Positions 24,322-37,947 of a stretch of DNA of 64,000 nucleotides are shown here, piece after piece. Positions within the stretch are counted from its first letter, which is position 1. Each line of letters opens with the position of its first letter. The stretch is taken from positions 66,624 to 130,623 of the forward strand of contig NMRA01000310.1 of NCBI GenBank assembly GCA_002633005.1. The letters run 5' to 3'. The translations under genes were made by a program, and so were the position numbers. Under the pieces are notes generated by a model. That model was not told the DNA's origin and made no database searches. It saw only the letters and a list, made by a program, of their open reading frames with translations. This DNA is from Phoronis australis (lineage: Eukaryota > Animalia > Phoronida).

Positions 24322-26440
24322 CTGAAATCATGAAGCAAACGATTTTACCAAACATCAATCATCTGCTGCAGTTCAAAATTATTGTTACCTGGAATTTTTG
24401 GAATGAACTGAATTAAAATCATTCTTTTTGGCATAAAATCCGCTAACAGGTTAAATATCCATTTATAATGAGCGACAAGTGTCACCTACAGCATGATATA
24501 ATGCTTTCTAGAGCCTTCTCCAATTATTGTTTGATTTTACTTTTTGTGACAAAAATTTTAAAAAGTCTACCACAACAAATCTTCAATTTGGGAAAAACTA
24601 TTTGATAAAATTGCCATTTTACAATGTCATATAATACCGTACCTTCAAATCAAAAATTTGAAACATTGGTATACCAATCATGCTAAAAACAAAGTAAAAA
24701 TTTCTGAAGTCATTTTTGTAGAGAAAATTTACAAAAAATACAATTTTCCACCGTACTGTGTACTAAACTAGAGATTTTTAGTATAAACCTTTTCCAAACA
24801 AAGCTGAAGTTTTTGATGAGACATCACATATTTAAAATAATTACTAAAACGTATTTAGTATTTTTTACATTCTTTTGAGGAATTATCACAATCCACTCCA
24901 TTTCTCTGCCATGTTTTGTGCTACATGGGAGACGACTCCAGTTTCTATTCAATGCAGCAGCTACTCAATAGACTGTGCATTTGATAACTCTCTGATCCAA
25001 CAAAGATGGTATTTATGGCAAATTAATTCCATAGAACTGTGAGGGTTAATTGCATTAGTTCGCAATATAATTTATGAAGGCGAAGAACCGACACTACCAA
25101 TTAGGAGCTGTGTAAATTATATTTGTATTAGCCAATGACGTGGGTGTGTTTATCTCTATGTTTAATAACCGCAAGTTATCTAGTATCAGATGTTAGCACA
25201 GCTACTGCGATCTAAACACTTAAACGCCTATGTATCCATTGCTAACACTACACAAACACTTAACGTTATTATCAAGCAAACAAATTGAATTTTACAATCA
25301 GTTTGTGATCGCAATAGCTCTTATCACATTTGTTTTCGGCCAAAACATGAGTACGAACTTTAAAATCAGCGCTTACATTAACGAAGACATTGTATTCTTC
25401 CACGTTTCGATTTATTATCAAGAACATTTGTCTTGAGAATGGTTTAGTGAAAACAAACTGAAACATTGAGTAATACGTCTTTGTTGTATGCGCTGATTTT
25501 AAAGTTCATACTAACAGCTCTTATGTTATGGTACTTTTTCGCTTATTTTGCATAAAAAAACTGCCAGACAATTTTTGCTATTCAATGGCTGACAACCTTG
25601 TTGCAAATAACAGAAACATTCCCAAATGTTGTAATATAACTTTTAAATGGTACAAACATTAACACGCTAATAGACAGAAAACCTGAAAAATAAGCTTAGA
25701 ATTATTGGAAAATTTGCGTACACTCTTTTCAGGCAGTGAATAGCCTCTCACTCTGTAGCCTGTTACATGACCGAAGATTTTCACATAACTTTTTGAAAAA
25801 CATCAAGTTTATCACCTTCACTAACACCTCCATGAATTTTACTCGCAGAAAAACACAGAAGAAAAAATACATACTGACACTAAAAGTTTTAACCTTTAAG
25901 CAAGGGTCAGTGGACAGCTATTATTTATGAATGGGAATTCCCAAGGGATGGCAAATTTGGCAAACCCCAGGTGTCCATTTTATGGCAGGTGGCTTAATAC
26001 TGAAATCTGGTCTTAATCTCCACACAACTATTTCAGAAAATTCTAATTAAACCTCACTTGAGCAAAAGTGAAGTCTCTGAGAACATACACATAACTGTCA
26101 GTTAATGAGGTAATTTCCACAAGTTATTTCTAGACTGTGATGCGCTCGTAATTTATTTGGCTAAACCTTTTTCAGCAATTGCGAAGAGGGAGTGAAAGAC
26201 CAAATATATCTGTATAGAGACTTACAGCACTTTCATGAAGCAGGCAGGCCTCTGGGCTTCAACCACTGTTGAGTATAACAGGCCATGAGCTAGTCATGAC
26301 TTGGGCAATAACCATGACTGTCAATACTGGTAAATGAAATGATTTTTCTAGAGCAGCTCTATTGGGGATGATTAAATTTGCAGAAGTCTCAAGACTGTTA
26401 TTATGTTTGTGTCAGCATACACATTAATTTTTCGTTGTGA

Positions 26441-26495
26441 CTATATATATATATATAGGTATGTATATGTATATGTATATGTATATTGTATATAT
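26441..26495. repeat. TA / TATATG microsatellite
   Basis: Direct inspection. Confidence 0.85.
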
Positions 26496-27210
26496 GTTGA
26501 GTACATATAGTCTCAAAGTCAAGGTCTTTAACGGACAGACTTCTACAGACCTATGTCACTGCCAATTAGCAACTAGTTCCATATTAAATAGATCCCCAAC
26601 CAATGCCGTATGACATCATTCCCAGACCACATGAGCAGACAATGTAAGTTTTGCATGCTGTGCACCAACATGAGCAGACGATTGTAAGTTTTGCATGTGG
26701 AGCCAGTTATCTCTGTGACATGCGGCTGAGTGTGAACATTAAAAACAGGTGTTTTGCTAGCAACATTAGTATGGCTTGGCCATGCTCACGACTATACATT
26801 GTATCTGGGTTCAGTTTCATGAAATGTGACTTCAAAGACTGAAGTCAGAAATTTGGTCTCACGCTCCACATAAGTATTTCTGAAAAATAATTTAAAAGAC
26901 TCGAGCAAAATTTTACTTAAGTACAAAGTAACTGATAATATCTGCAAGTTACTGATAATTTATACAAATTATTTCAACATTGTGATGACTTCAAATTCTA
27001 AGTCATTTTTCATGAAACAGACAATAGGACACTACGATGGTTACACACATTATGAATTTTTGAAGCAACACTTTTATGTTGTCATTCGACATCTCAGTAA
27101 ATGTATCAGATACTCCACTCACATTCAATTACCATGTTAATTGGTATATTCATAAGAACCATCTCTTTTCAAGCCATTAACAGATATCACTTCAGCTGAG
27201 AATCTTTAAA

Positions 27211-27360
27211 GCCACTTACCCACTGAGAACACCAAGGAATAGGTTGTGAGATTATACCTTTAAGAAGGCCACTTACCCACAGAGAACACCTAGGACTAGG
27301 TTGTGACACTATGCCTTTAAGAAGGCCACTTACCCACTGAGAACACCAAGGACTAAGTTG
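27211..27360 (-). repeat. 57-bp tandem triplication spanning the IS6 exon 3' end and its donor site
   Basis: gccacttacccac(t/a)gagaacacc starts at 27211, 27268 and 27325. Confidence 0.9.
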
Positions 27361-27437
27361 AGCATGAAGAAGGAGCCAAGAATAATGAGTGGGATGAAGT
27401 AGATCCAATTGAAGTCCGGCCCATGGGCATCGTTTGT
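27334..27437 (-). CDS. Cav2: Cav2 exon, IS6 (104 nt)
   Basis: [35 protein letters not shown]; tttacag| ... |GTAAGT. Confidence 0.96.
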
Positions 27438-30142
27438 CTGTAAACACCAAATACATCCGGCACTGTTATAGGCACGTTATTGGTCAGGAGTTGATTTTCA
27501 CTAAAATGCAACTTAAATCATTCCCCTTAAACTAATTTGGTTTGCTTTTTATTCAAAATATGTGAAACGACGTATAGTTCTCAAAGAGTCATACTTCTGC
27601 ATTCTGTTTCACTGAGAAAAGACAACGACCAACTCTTTCATTGCAAAAGATATAATTTCAATTGCTTTTGATGGTAGAAACTAATTGTTAATATTACAAT
27701 TCCGGAACCACTGTCCTTCACCAGTCCACATGAGTCCTTGAAATATTTGATTAAAAACTGACTTATCATTTGGCATGAAATTTGACTTTACTCAAAGCGT
27801 GCAACGCCTTAGGTGGACTTCAAGTCTCTAGTAAATTTGAGTGGTATCGGCCCAAGGTCCATAGAGTATCGAATCACTGAACCCAAGACTTGACTAAGGC
27901 TTAAAACTTAACCAGTCATGTCACATGATTTGAGAGCAAATTTCGAGGTTTACTTGAACCAGGCGATAGAATGACTAATGACAAAAAAGATAAAAATTTT
28001 TTAGGAGATGCATCGTTCCACAAATAGGCTTGTGTCATAGACATATGTTTTGTGTTGTAAAATTTAATTGAAATAAATGTTTTTGCATCAATAAAGTCCA
28101 AATCAAAATAAGAGAGACAAAACAGGGGAAACTGGAAATCAAATAAAAAGGAAATCGAAACCACAAAAGAGGAGATCCTCTTAAGACACGAAAATTCCAA
28201 GCCCCATTGAATTTTGACATGTAACTGGTCATTTTTTAGTTGAGTTCCCAAGTAGAGATACCAGGCTAGGGCTGTAAGACTGAATTTGCCTTAATTTTCC
28301 AATTATTTGTTTAGACCACAAGTAGCAACGTGCTCACCTTACAAATGCCACCGACCTGAACTACAACCGCACTATTCAAAATTCAGAAGACAATGAGATG
28401 GTGGGGAAGTAACTATGGCGTTCATGCGGAACAGTTAGTCGTTCTCAGAACCCAATAATAGAATATCACGGCGATGCACGTTAAATATTCTCCAGTTTGC
28501 GACAGCCCATTATTTTTAGGACACCGAACTTCAAGCGGGAACATGTGTTGGCGTTCACTAATATTTTTCACATATGGGACACTGTTTTTTGCATCAAGTC
28601 AGAAAATTCTGATGACGTGCTATTGAAACTAGTGAAGCCCGTATCATACCACACAGATTCCAAAATTTCAGACATAGGTAATTTTGTTGTCTCTCAGAAT
28701 TCTTGAATTGAGACAGCCAACAGTGCCCGTTTCTAAAATTTGGTACAAGCTTTGACCTTGAGTAACATAATTCACAATCCCAACCTGGAGAACTTTTACA
28801 GAATTTATACTTTTTTCTGTAAGTTGTTAAGATTCAAAAATTACACTCAATCGCAGTTGACAAATAAAATATCATTTGAAATTATATTTCTTTCTCATTA
28901 TGTTGTTTTACAAAAAGCATCGAGTCTAAACAAAACAACATTCCCTTTTAAACAACATATTTTCTATATTCACTCACTCACTGAAAGTAAAAAACGTAAT
29001 TCCCCCTATTTCCCAGAATTCACAGCGGCAACCCTGGTAAACGACACTATCGCCTGGTAGCCGAGCATGGCCAACAACAAAGGCTAAGTTTAACAGGACA
29101 TACAATTAAGCAACACTACTGCAGAGGTATCATGAGCATAATGCATACAACATTGACACACTAAGTAAACTATTCCTCTGGACAAAAGATTTCATAACAC
29201 TAATTGTAAAAACGCAGTAAGAAATACAGTTTAGGTTAAATAACAGTGGTATTGCCCGATGGAGTGTGTAAACATCCACTTTGTAAATCTGTGGTTACCA
29301 CTTCAATTTTGGTAATAGTTGCAGTTAGAGATTTAAACGGACGTTCTGACAAGTTGTTGAATTGGTGAAACACCTGCTATGAATCAGGATATCCAACCGA
29401 TTTAACATTTAAAAATCTAAAAAACAGCACAATTTCGACATATAGAACATCAGGCAAACATTATGCAAAGCATGCCATTCTAGGTATTCTTTAACAGTTT
29501 TGGTCTACAACACCTAGAGATTGACGGGGTAAAGTCACATCTACACATATGTACATGTACCGGTATAAAGCCTACTATCTGATAACGTAGTCACCAGGCA
29601 ATCCGCATTTGAGGCATGATATTTTCTCAATCAGAAACCCAGTGACAAGACTTCGAGGCAAATGGCTACCAGTCATGTGGAACTCAATAATGACTAACAG
29701 GCACTAATGGCTACAATTGAAATCTACGTGAAGAGGGTGGAACATTTATTCTCAGCAGGAGATACGAGGACCAGCTTTTCACTCTGTGGGGGGTGAATGC
29801 GGCTATAGTTTAGGCCGAACATGAACATAACTTTGGCATTCGAGAATGAACATTACGCTAGGCTAGCATTGTTGATTTGAAGGAAAAATGGTGAATTTCT
29901 CGGACAGACAAGTAATGCGGAAGCCAGGAGACTAGATTTTGAAAAAACAGCAGTTATTAATATCCGGGGGGGGTCATATTGGTGGTGATGATCATCTGGC
30001 ATATGAGTGATTGTTCTCAAAACAAAAAAATCCAAATCATTGCACGCGATTAATGTAACCATCTGCTATTAAGTCCATCGCCGACACTCGAGCGAACATT
30101 GAGATCCTACGCCAATGCAAGGCGTGTATTGCAGTCACCTAC

Positions 30143-30342
30143 CCAATAAAGAACGTCTGTCCATCCCTCCATTGTAATACACTGGAATACTGTTAACATG
30201 GCAAAGCCTATATGATCATAGCTGGTGATGCCATCGTTAGGCCCGGGCCAGTCCAACAATCGACAAATGGAGGTATTACGCTGGCAGGTGGAATTCGAAG
30301 AGCACGGCACTGGCCTCCCCTCCCATTCGTCGATCTGGTCAG
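30143..30342 (-). CDS. Cav2: Cav2 alternative domain I turret/P-loop exon B (200 nt)
   Basis: [66 protein letters not shown]; gtgtctag| ... |GTAGGT; phase 1/0. Confidence 0.92.
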
Positions 30343-31396
30343 CTAGACACGATGGAAGATCACGTGTTAGGGTTGTAGAACATGCGGGGATCACACAACA
30401 TCAGAGTTAAGAGACATGCATGGTATGCCTAGTGTCAGAGTATGACAGTGTTGGTCACGTGAACACCACAGTGGCGCTACCTGTAGGTAATCTGATTGTA
30501 CTAGATGACCCAGTATAATATGACTCGACTGATTAGTCAGTATCTCTAAATGTTAGCTTAAGTAGATGCTGCAGCCAAAATAACACGAGTTTACATAACG
30601 TTGATGTCTGATCCCTTGATTTTTTTCATATCTGATCCATGGTATTGTAGCCCACATTTAGAATCTGTATAGTACAAAGAAATCATGATTCTCAACAGAC
30701 TTGACCATTTGCCTTGCTTTTTGTATTTATTGTATTATATCAGTGTTCTAATCCGAGTTGTTTTGGGACAATAGCTTCCCTGGGTGCAAAGTTCAAAGTA
30801 CGCGTTATCCTTCTGGCACACAAAACTGTTGAATCTCTTCCGGACCCCTACCGCTTAGCGAAACGGGAATTTTGATACTTTTTATTTTCAGATTCTGTAA
30901 AAAGCATTTTCAACAAAAACACATCATGATGTCATAGCCATAAACTTGCCAATTGCACTGTGTAATAATCTAGGTGAACAGTGATTTTACGAGTATTTGT
31001 AAGAGTATATTTGTTAAACGTTAAGGTTATTAACCAGTAAAAGGGAGGCTAAAACATTTTCAGCAAGCATACCAGTCTGCATAACGAAAGTTGACAGACA
31101 ACTACATTTTTGTCAGCTTGTGACCAATATAACATCAGACCCACCAAAGCGTGTTGCGATGCATCAGAATTTCATGATCGGGATCAAGTTGAAAATGTCC
31201 ATTATTATTCATATTAATTTTACACTTTGGCGCCACACGTGATTTTGGCAGCACTACTACGTCCTTTGTCAACGAATGCAGATTTGACATCACTGCCAGG
31301 CAGTCCAACAAGTACGTCACACTCTAACACCACGCAGTACAACATAGGTCAGTCCTCGACTATAGGGGGCGACCATGCATAGCACGTCCTACTTAC

Positions 31397-31605
31397 ATCA
31401 TATAACACATCTGTCCAACCCTCCATCGTAATACATTGAAAGACCGTCAGAATGGCTATGCCAATATTGTCAAAACTGGTAATGCCATCGTTTGGCCCGA
31501 TCCAGCCCTCCTGGCACATAGACTCGTTAGTGCACTTGTACCCATTGTTACCTTTTGACACGGAACAAGGATAGATGGAGCCACCTATCTCTTCGATTTC
31601 GTTGC
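31397..31605 (-). CDS. Cav2: Cav2 alternative domain I turret/P-loop exon A (209 nt)
   Basis: [69 protein letters not shown]; attacag| ... |GTAAGT; phase 1/0. Confidence 0.93.
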
Positions 31606-32340
31606 CTGTAATCCAGGCAGTTAGATTTAGCATACGACCTCGCTCAATACAGACAGATGGTAATAGCTGTAAACAAGTTCTGATGAATGTTGGGAGAGCC
31701 AACTTGGGAATATTAATGCATTAGTTAGACAAGAGGAGAGGCAACAATTAAAAATGCAATGTCTCACTAAAACCATGAATATTTAAATTTATAGCAAGCG
31801 CCACCTTGTGACGTCCTGGAGAATTGTGTGTACAAGAATACGGTGTTAAAGAAAACACCACAACTGGTACACTTAAAAACGAGACAGTGTGAATGTATAA
31901 AAAACCCTTACTAGTAATTTCAAATATTACATGTTCCTTATTTGATAGTGAAATGAACAAATAATAAAAGCTGTGCCATGTTTTATTAGGGTAACGATGT
32001 CATATTACCTTCTCGTTTACATAAAAATAGTCTCGCAAAATGAGACTTTCGCAAGATTGTAATGGTGTAATGGCAAATGGTTCTCGGATGGTTTCCGGCA
32101 CACCGGAAGAGCCGGAGTTGTTTGTAAACTAGTACTTCATTTGCATATTCACAATTTAATGAGACATAACATCTTTAAATATAATAAAAATAATCGCAGG
32201 CGGTCTGATACACGTTGTACCAGACGTGCGCGGGCCTCGCATGTGGGCCTATTGCACTGATCACCTGGAAATATTTTTATGCTTTATTGATATATCGTTA
32301 AAACCGAGCTGAGGAGCTGGAAACCTGGCTCAAGGGTTTA

Positions 32341-32416
32341 GCAGTGTGACCTGGTGGAACTTGAACCCACGACCTCGAGTAATGAAAGCGGGCACTTATC
32401 AACCAGGCCGCACTGT
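32341..32416 (-). mobile_element. Degenerate tRNA-derived SINE head or tRNA-like fragment
   Basis: Minus strand has an A-box-like gcggcctggttgataag and a B-box-like gggttcaagttcc at tRNA-like spacing. A full cloverleaf is not convincing. Confidence 0.4.
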
Positions 32417-33082
32417 CTCCTCTAGCATCTTTAAGTTATAATAATGAAATAACTGCTGCCAAGTCAGTGTGATCTCTCTAACAGGGTCCTCCATATGTCT
32501 GTCAAACTCAGTCTAAGATTGACCAATCACGCGACAAACCTTCCACTCAATCACGTAACTTCCAAAAACGAAAACAAGTTTTTTTGTTGGATGGAGTGAA
32601 GTAACAATTGAACCAAATGGTATGGATAAAAATTTGTGTTTGAAAAATTTTTGTCAGGATTCTAGGAACAGCAGATGCATGGGGTATCCAAATAAGAAAC
32701 TAGGATTTAAATATTTCCATTTCAGATTTACAGGGTGGCTCAGTTATGAGAAAAGACTGCACAGCACTGAGATGTTTGTATCCAACTGTTTGTATCCACA
32801 AAAATTGTCATAACCACCATAGTCAGCAATAGTTCGAAAATCGTTGAAATTTTGAAGCGAAAATGTAACCGCTGATTTTCAAATGGTTACATGACATCTT
32901 TCGGCTGATTTTCTGCAGCAGATTTGGCACAACCTTGACGAAATCAGACGAATTTCGAAGAAAATAGTCAATATTTTTTTGAAAACTACTGTATGTATGT
33001 ACCAAGGCCACAAGGTTGTTCATTTTTCTTTTCTATGCCTCTTGTAATCTCACAGTCACCTATTCCTAGTACACATACTTAC

Positions 33083-33232
33083 TGCCCACAAGATAACATG
33101 TATTGTGAAAAGCCCCATTGTAGAACTCTAAGCCAATAATGGCGAATATAACGATAGCAAATAACACGAGAAGAGCGATCTGCAACAGTGGCGCCATCGC
33201 TCGGAGAATTGAGTGTAGAACCACTTGTAAAC
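33083..33232 (-). CDS. Cav2: Cav2 exon, IS4-S5 linker and IS5 (150 nt)
   Basis: [49 protein letters not shown]; tttgcag| ... |GTAAGT. Confidence 0.96.
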
Positions 33233-33524
33233 CTGCAAAACAAAAAATCTTATAAGACAGCAATCAAGAGACAAGCTTATAACAATTAATCATCCATTTT
33301 ACCAATAATGAAAGCTTGCCCATAAAAATTCTGTAATTCGGCATTTATACTTTGTTGATTTCACAAACGCATATAAACAAACTTAAAACAAAACAATTAC
33401 GTATGACTGATTTATGTAACAAGCAAAACGCTCTCACATTTGACCTATTTCATAACTCATTCATAAAACCATGCTGATTAATTTATTTACATAATTTGGT
33501 TCACATACTACACCAATACATGCC

Positions 33525-33966
33525 AAATTCAAGGTACCTAAACTACATGGTCAACGGACTCGCAAACACAACTCACAGACCTGTAAACACCGTCCACTGA
33601 CTCACAAACACGGGAACGGACTCACAAAACACGTTCTACGCACCCAAATACACGGGACACAGACTCACATTCACCAGGAAACACGGTTAAAGGACCGCCA
33701 AACACGGGTCACGGACTCATCGGCTTCTTGGGTCAGCTGACATCTCCATTTTGTCCGTGACCCGTGTTTGGCAGTCCGTTAACCGTGTTTCCTCAGGAAT
33801 ATGAGTCCGTGTCCCGTGTATTTGGGTGCGTGGATCGTGTTTTGTGAGTCCCTTCCCGTGTTTGTGAGTCAGTGGACGGTGTTTGCAGGTCCGTGAGTCG
33901 TGTTCATGCGTCCGTGCCCCGTGTTTATGAGTCCGTTGACCGTGTAGTTTAGGTACCTTGAAATTT
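33525..33966. mobile_element. Foldback/MITE element with ~200-bp inverted arms made of aaacacgg/ggactcac subrepeats
   Basis: ttcaaggtacctaaactacatggtcaacggactc ... gagtccgttgaccgtgtagtttaggtaccttgaa. Confidence 0.8.
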
Positions 33967-34380
33967 ATACTTTATTACTAGATCAAACTTTCCCAGTGCT
34001 CGGTCAGGTTGGAAATGGTAAATGTTTCCAATAGGTTCTGAATTCTCCAGCACCATGCATAAATTTTTGAAATTTAACATCAATCAAAATGAACAGAGAG
34101 ATATGAAAACATACATTTTTCTTCACTTGTGTCAAAAATGATTTTAAGTTCCGATATTAAAAATTAATTACTTTTCCAAAACTTAAGAATCATGCCAATG
34201 ACTTGAAATGTTTTGAACAAATTGACATCTCCGAAAATGTGTTCTTCCCTCATCTCATAACATGTGAAATTTCAACGGGAGAAAAAATTGAATCCCACAT
34301 AAGCCGCCCGATGCTCGTGCGGCTGACTGGCGGTAACAAGATATGGTGCAGAAAATAACTGGCCATGCTGGGAAAAGTTG

Positions 34381-37300
34381 CTGTTCAAAATTGTAATATT
34401 TTATTTTTCAAAGGCTGATTACGGTTTAATGGTTTGATATACCGTGTCCGAATTTTGAGAACCAGTTTTCTCCACTGAATAACGGACATCAAACTGGTTC
34501 TCAAAATACGCGCACGTTATATCAGACTGTTGCCCCTATTACTTCACTGCAAATAATGTGTACATTACGAAATTTTGTTACGTGGCGTCTAAACAGTAGA
34601 AGCCAAGCTAAAACCAGGCTAAAATTTTCTCAGTACTTAAATTTCCCTTGCCTGCCATACTGTATGCTAAATACGTCTGCCATATTGAATGCTAAATATG
34701 GCTGCCATATTGTATGCTAAATACGTCTGCCATATTGTATTCCAAATAGGTGAAGAGTTATGGAGACCTTTCTTAATTCGACAATTTTCAGTAATTATCC
34801 CAAGATACGTAGTGAAATAATGTTATAATGCCACGATATGTTACATTAGTCAGAGTACAAGCTATCCCACAATCAACACAGCTCCGACTAGGAAGAACAT
34901 TCTAGAATAAGATCAATAACTAAACAATAACTAAACAATAACTAGAGAGCACCTGACATCATGCAGTTAAAACAACGTTAGTTGGAGAAAAGAATGAGGG
35001 GACTTGGTAAATATTCACACCTGTTGAGTGCCAGTGATATCTCACCATTACACCAGTTGACTTTCCACTAGCGTGAGCGGTTAAATACCTGTGCTATCAG
35101 CCCTAACACATGCGTAATTTTTAATCTCACCAGTTTAGGACGCAGTATGGCAGACAGGTGAAATTCAATTTTCTGTTTCTTCGCAAAAGATAAGCAACAC
35201 GCAAGTTTTCCACGTTCCAAGCTCTGTATCCAAGGTACCATGAGACATTACTTTAACTGATTTTGGTCATTCAAAACAATCATAGCCTTTGAAAATGGAA
35301 AAAATAGCAAGTGTAGTAGTTTATCTTTCTGAGGTTTTAATTAAATGAATGCTGAATCAAGTTTCTGGAAAAAATATTCCATGCTTACCATGGACTCTTC
35401 ATTTTCAGGATATATGGCAAATTTTCTTTCCATGTGTTGAATTTATTGTTAAGCGTAACTACAGACATGACGCGACTCGCTACACGAGGGCTTATATTTA
35501 CCAACGGAAACTTCCTGTGAGGTTGCCAAGGGCATTTATATCCTGCTTTCATGTTCTGAGTTTCCAAGCATGGAAACTATCTTTTCATATTTTCCAGGTT
35601 TGTCCTGGCAAGTGGGAGTGTGAAATTTTGACAAACACTGGAACCTGTGCGATTATTTTTTGTGAATAAATTACCCTACTTTGCAAAACAAACCTGAATA
35701 CTGAACTGATAGCAATATAACAGGAAAATCAAGAAAATAACTGATTATCATTTAAAATTAAGACCTCTACAGTCAACACATTCACAAAAGCCCCCTTTAT
35801 ACCATGTTAAAAGTTTTGGAGAGTGTCGGTTTGTATAAATTGTCGGTCTTCGATACAAATAGAGATCAAGGGTTAATTTTGCAATAAATTGATGAATTTA
35901 AGAGCGAGGCATTTATGCTTCAATTTTAATATGAAAGGTTAATATCGGTATTATCAGCAAGAGTTGCTGCCAATAACATAATGAGTTCTGTAACCTTTTG
36001 ACCTTTTATTGAAATGTTAACCATCTAACATGACTATAAGCACTTCATTTTCCTTATTATCCAAACGTACGCACCACACTTCATATTCAAAAAAATTGTA
36101 CCCACATAATGTTTCGCATCACCAATTTTCGACGAGTTCTACAACCCAAGCAAGAACTCANAGTCTCTGTTCAAAATTGTAATATTTTATTTTTCAAAGG
36201 CTGATTACGGTTTAATGATTTGATATAACGTGCCCGAATTTTGAGAACCAGTTTTCTCCACTGAATAACGGACATCAAACTGGTTATCAAAATACAGGCA
36301 CGTTATATCAGACTGTTGCCCCTATTACTTCACTGCAAATAATGTGTAATGATTATGAAATTTTGTTACGTGGCGTCTAAACAGTAGAAGCCAAGCTAAA
36401 ACCAGACTAAAATTTTCTCAGTACCAAAATTTCCCTTGCCTGCCATACTGTATGCTAAATATGACTGCCATTTTGTATGCTAAATACGTCTGCCATTTTG
36501 TATGCCAAATACGTCTGCCATGCTAAATACGTCTGCCATATTCCAAATAGGTGAAGAGTTATGGAGACCTTTCTTAATTCGGCAATTTTCAGTAATTATC
36601 CCAAGATACCCAGTGACATAGTGTTATAATGCCACGATATGTTACATTAGTCAGAGTACAAGCTATCCCACAATCCACACAGCTCAGACTAGGAAGAACA
36701 TTCTAGAATAAGCTCAATAACTAAACAATAACTAGAGAGCACCTGACATCATGCAGTTAAAACAACGTTAGTTGGAGAAAAGAATGAGGGGACTTGGTAA
36801 ATATTCACACCTGTTGAGTGCCAGTGATATCTCACCATTACACCAGTTGACTTTCCACAAGCGTGAGTGGTTAAATACCTGTGCTATCAGCCCTAACACA
36901 TGCGTAATTTTTAATCTCACCAGTTTAGGACGCAGTATGGCAGACAGGTGAAATTCAATTTTCTGTTTCTTCGCAAAAGATAAGCAACACGCAAGTTTTC
37001 CACGTTCCAAGCTCTGTATCCAAGGTACCATGAGACATTACTTTAACTGATTTTGGTCATTCAAAACAATCATAGCCTTTGAAAATGGAAAAAATAGCAA
37101 GTGTAGTAGTTTATCTTTCTGAGGTTTTAATTAAATGAATGCTGAATCAAGTTTCTGGAAAAAATATTCCATGCTTACCATGGACTCTTCATTTTCAGGA
37201 TATATGGCAAATTTTCTTTCCATGTGTTGAATTTATTGTTAAGCGTAACTACAGACATGACGCGACTCGCTACACGAGGGCTTATATTTACCAACGGAAA

Positions 37301-37947
37301 CTTCCTGTGAGGTTGCCAAGGGCATTTATATCCTGCTTTCATGTTCTGAGTTTCCAAGCATGGAAACTATCTTTTCATATTTTCCAGGTTTGTCCTGGCA
37401 AGTGGGAGTGTGAAATTTTGACAAACACTGGAACCTGTGCGATTATTTTTTGTGAATAAATTACCCTACTTTGCAAAACAAACCTGAATACTGAACTGAT
37501 AGCAATATAACAGGAAAATCAAGAAAATAACTGATTATCATTTAAAATTAAGACCTCTACAGTCAACACATTCACAAAAGCCCCCTTTATACCATGTTAA
37601 AAGTTTTGGAGAGTGTCGGTTTGTATAAATTGTCGGTCTTCGATACAAATAGAGATCAAGGGTTAATTTTGCAATAAATTGATGAATTTAAGAGCGAGGC
37701 ATTTATGCTTCAATTTTAATATGAAAGTTTATCGGTATTATCAGCAAGAGTTGCTGCCAATAACATAACGAGTTCTGTAACCTTTTGACCTTTTATTGAA
37801 ATGTTAACCATCTAACATGACTATAAGCACTTCATTTTCCTTATTATCCAAACGTACGCACCACACTTCATATTCAAAAAAATTGTACCCGCATAATGCT
37901 TCGCATCACCAATTTTCGACGAGTTCTACAACCCAAGCAAGAACTCA
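34381..37947. repeat. About 1.78-kb near-identical tandem duplication around a single n (36161); probable assembly or haplotype artefact
   Basis: 34381-36160 matches 36167-37947; identical ORF pairs 35349/37139 and 35385/37175. Confidence 0.88.

Noticed and set aside
24880-24991. Possible alternative AID exon like fly I-IIA (cag|A GAG TTA TCA AAT ... MEWI)
   Set aside because: There is an in-frame stop after 9 codons, MEWI is in another frame, and nothing else is similar. At best an unrecognisable relic.
34381-37947. 1.8-kb tandem duplication with repeated 106-aa and 60-aa ORFs
   Set aside because: The copies are near-identical and meet at a single n, which is typical of overlapping contig ends or haplotypes. 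The ORFs have no recognisable protein features.
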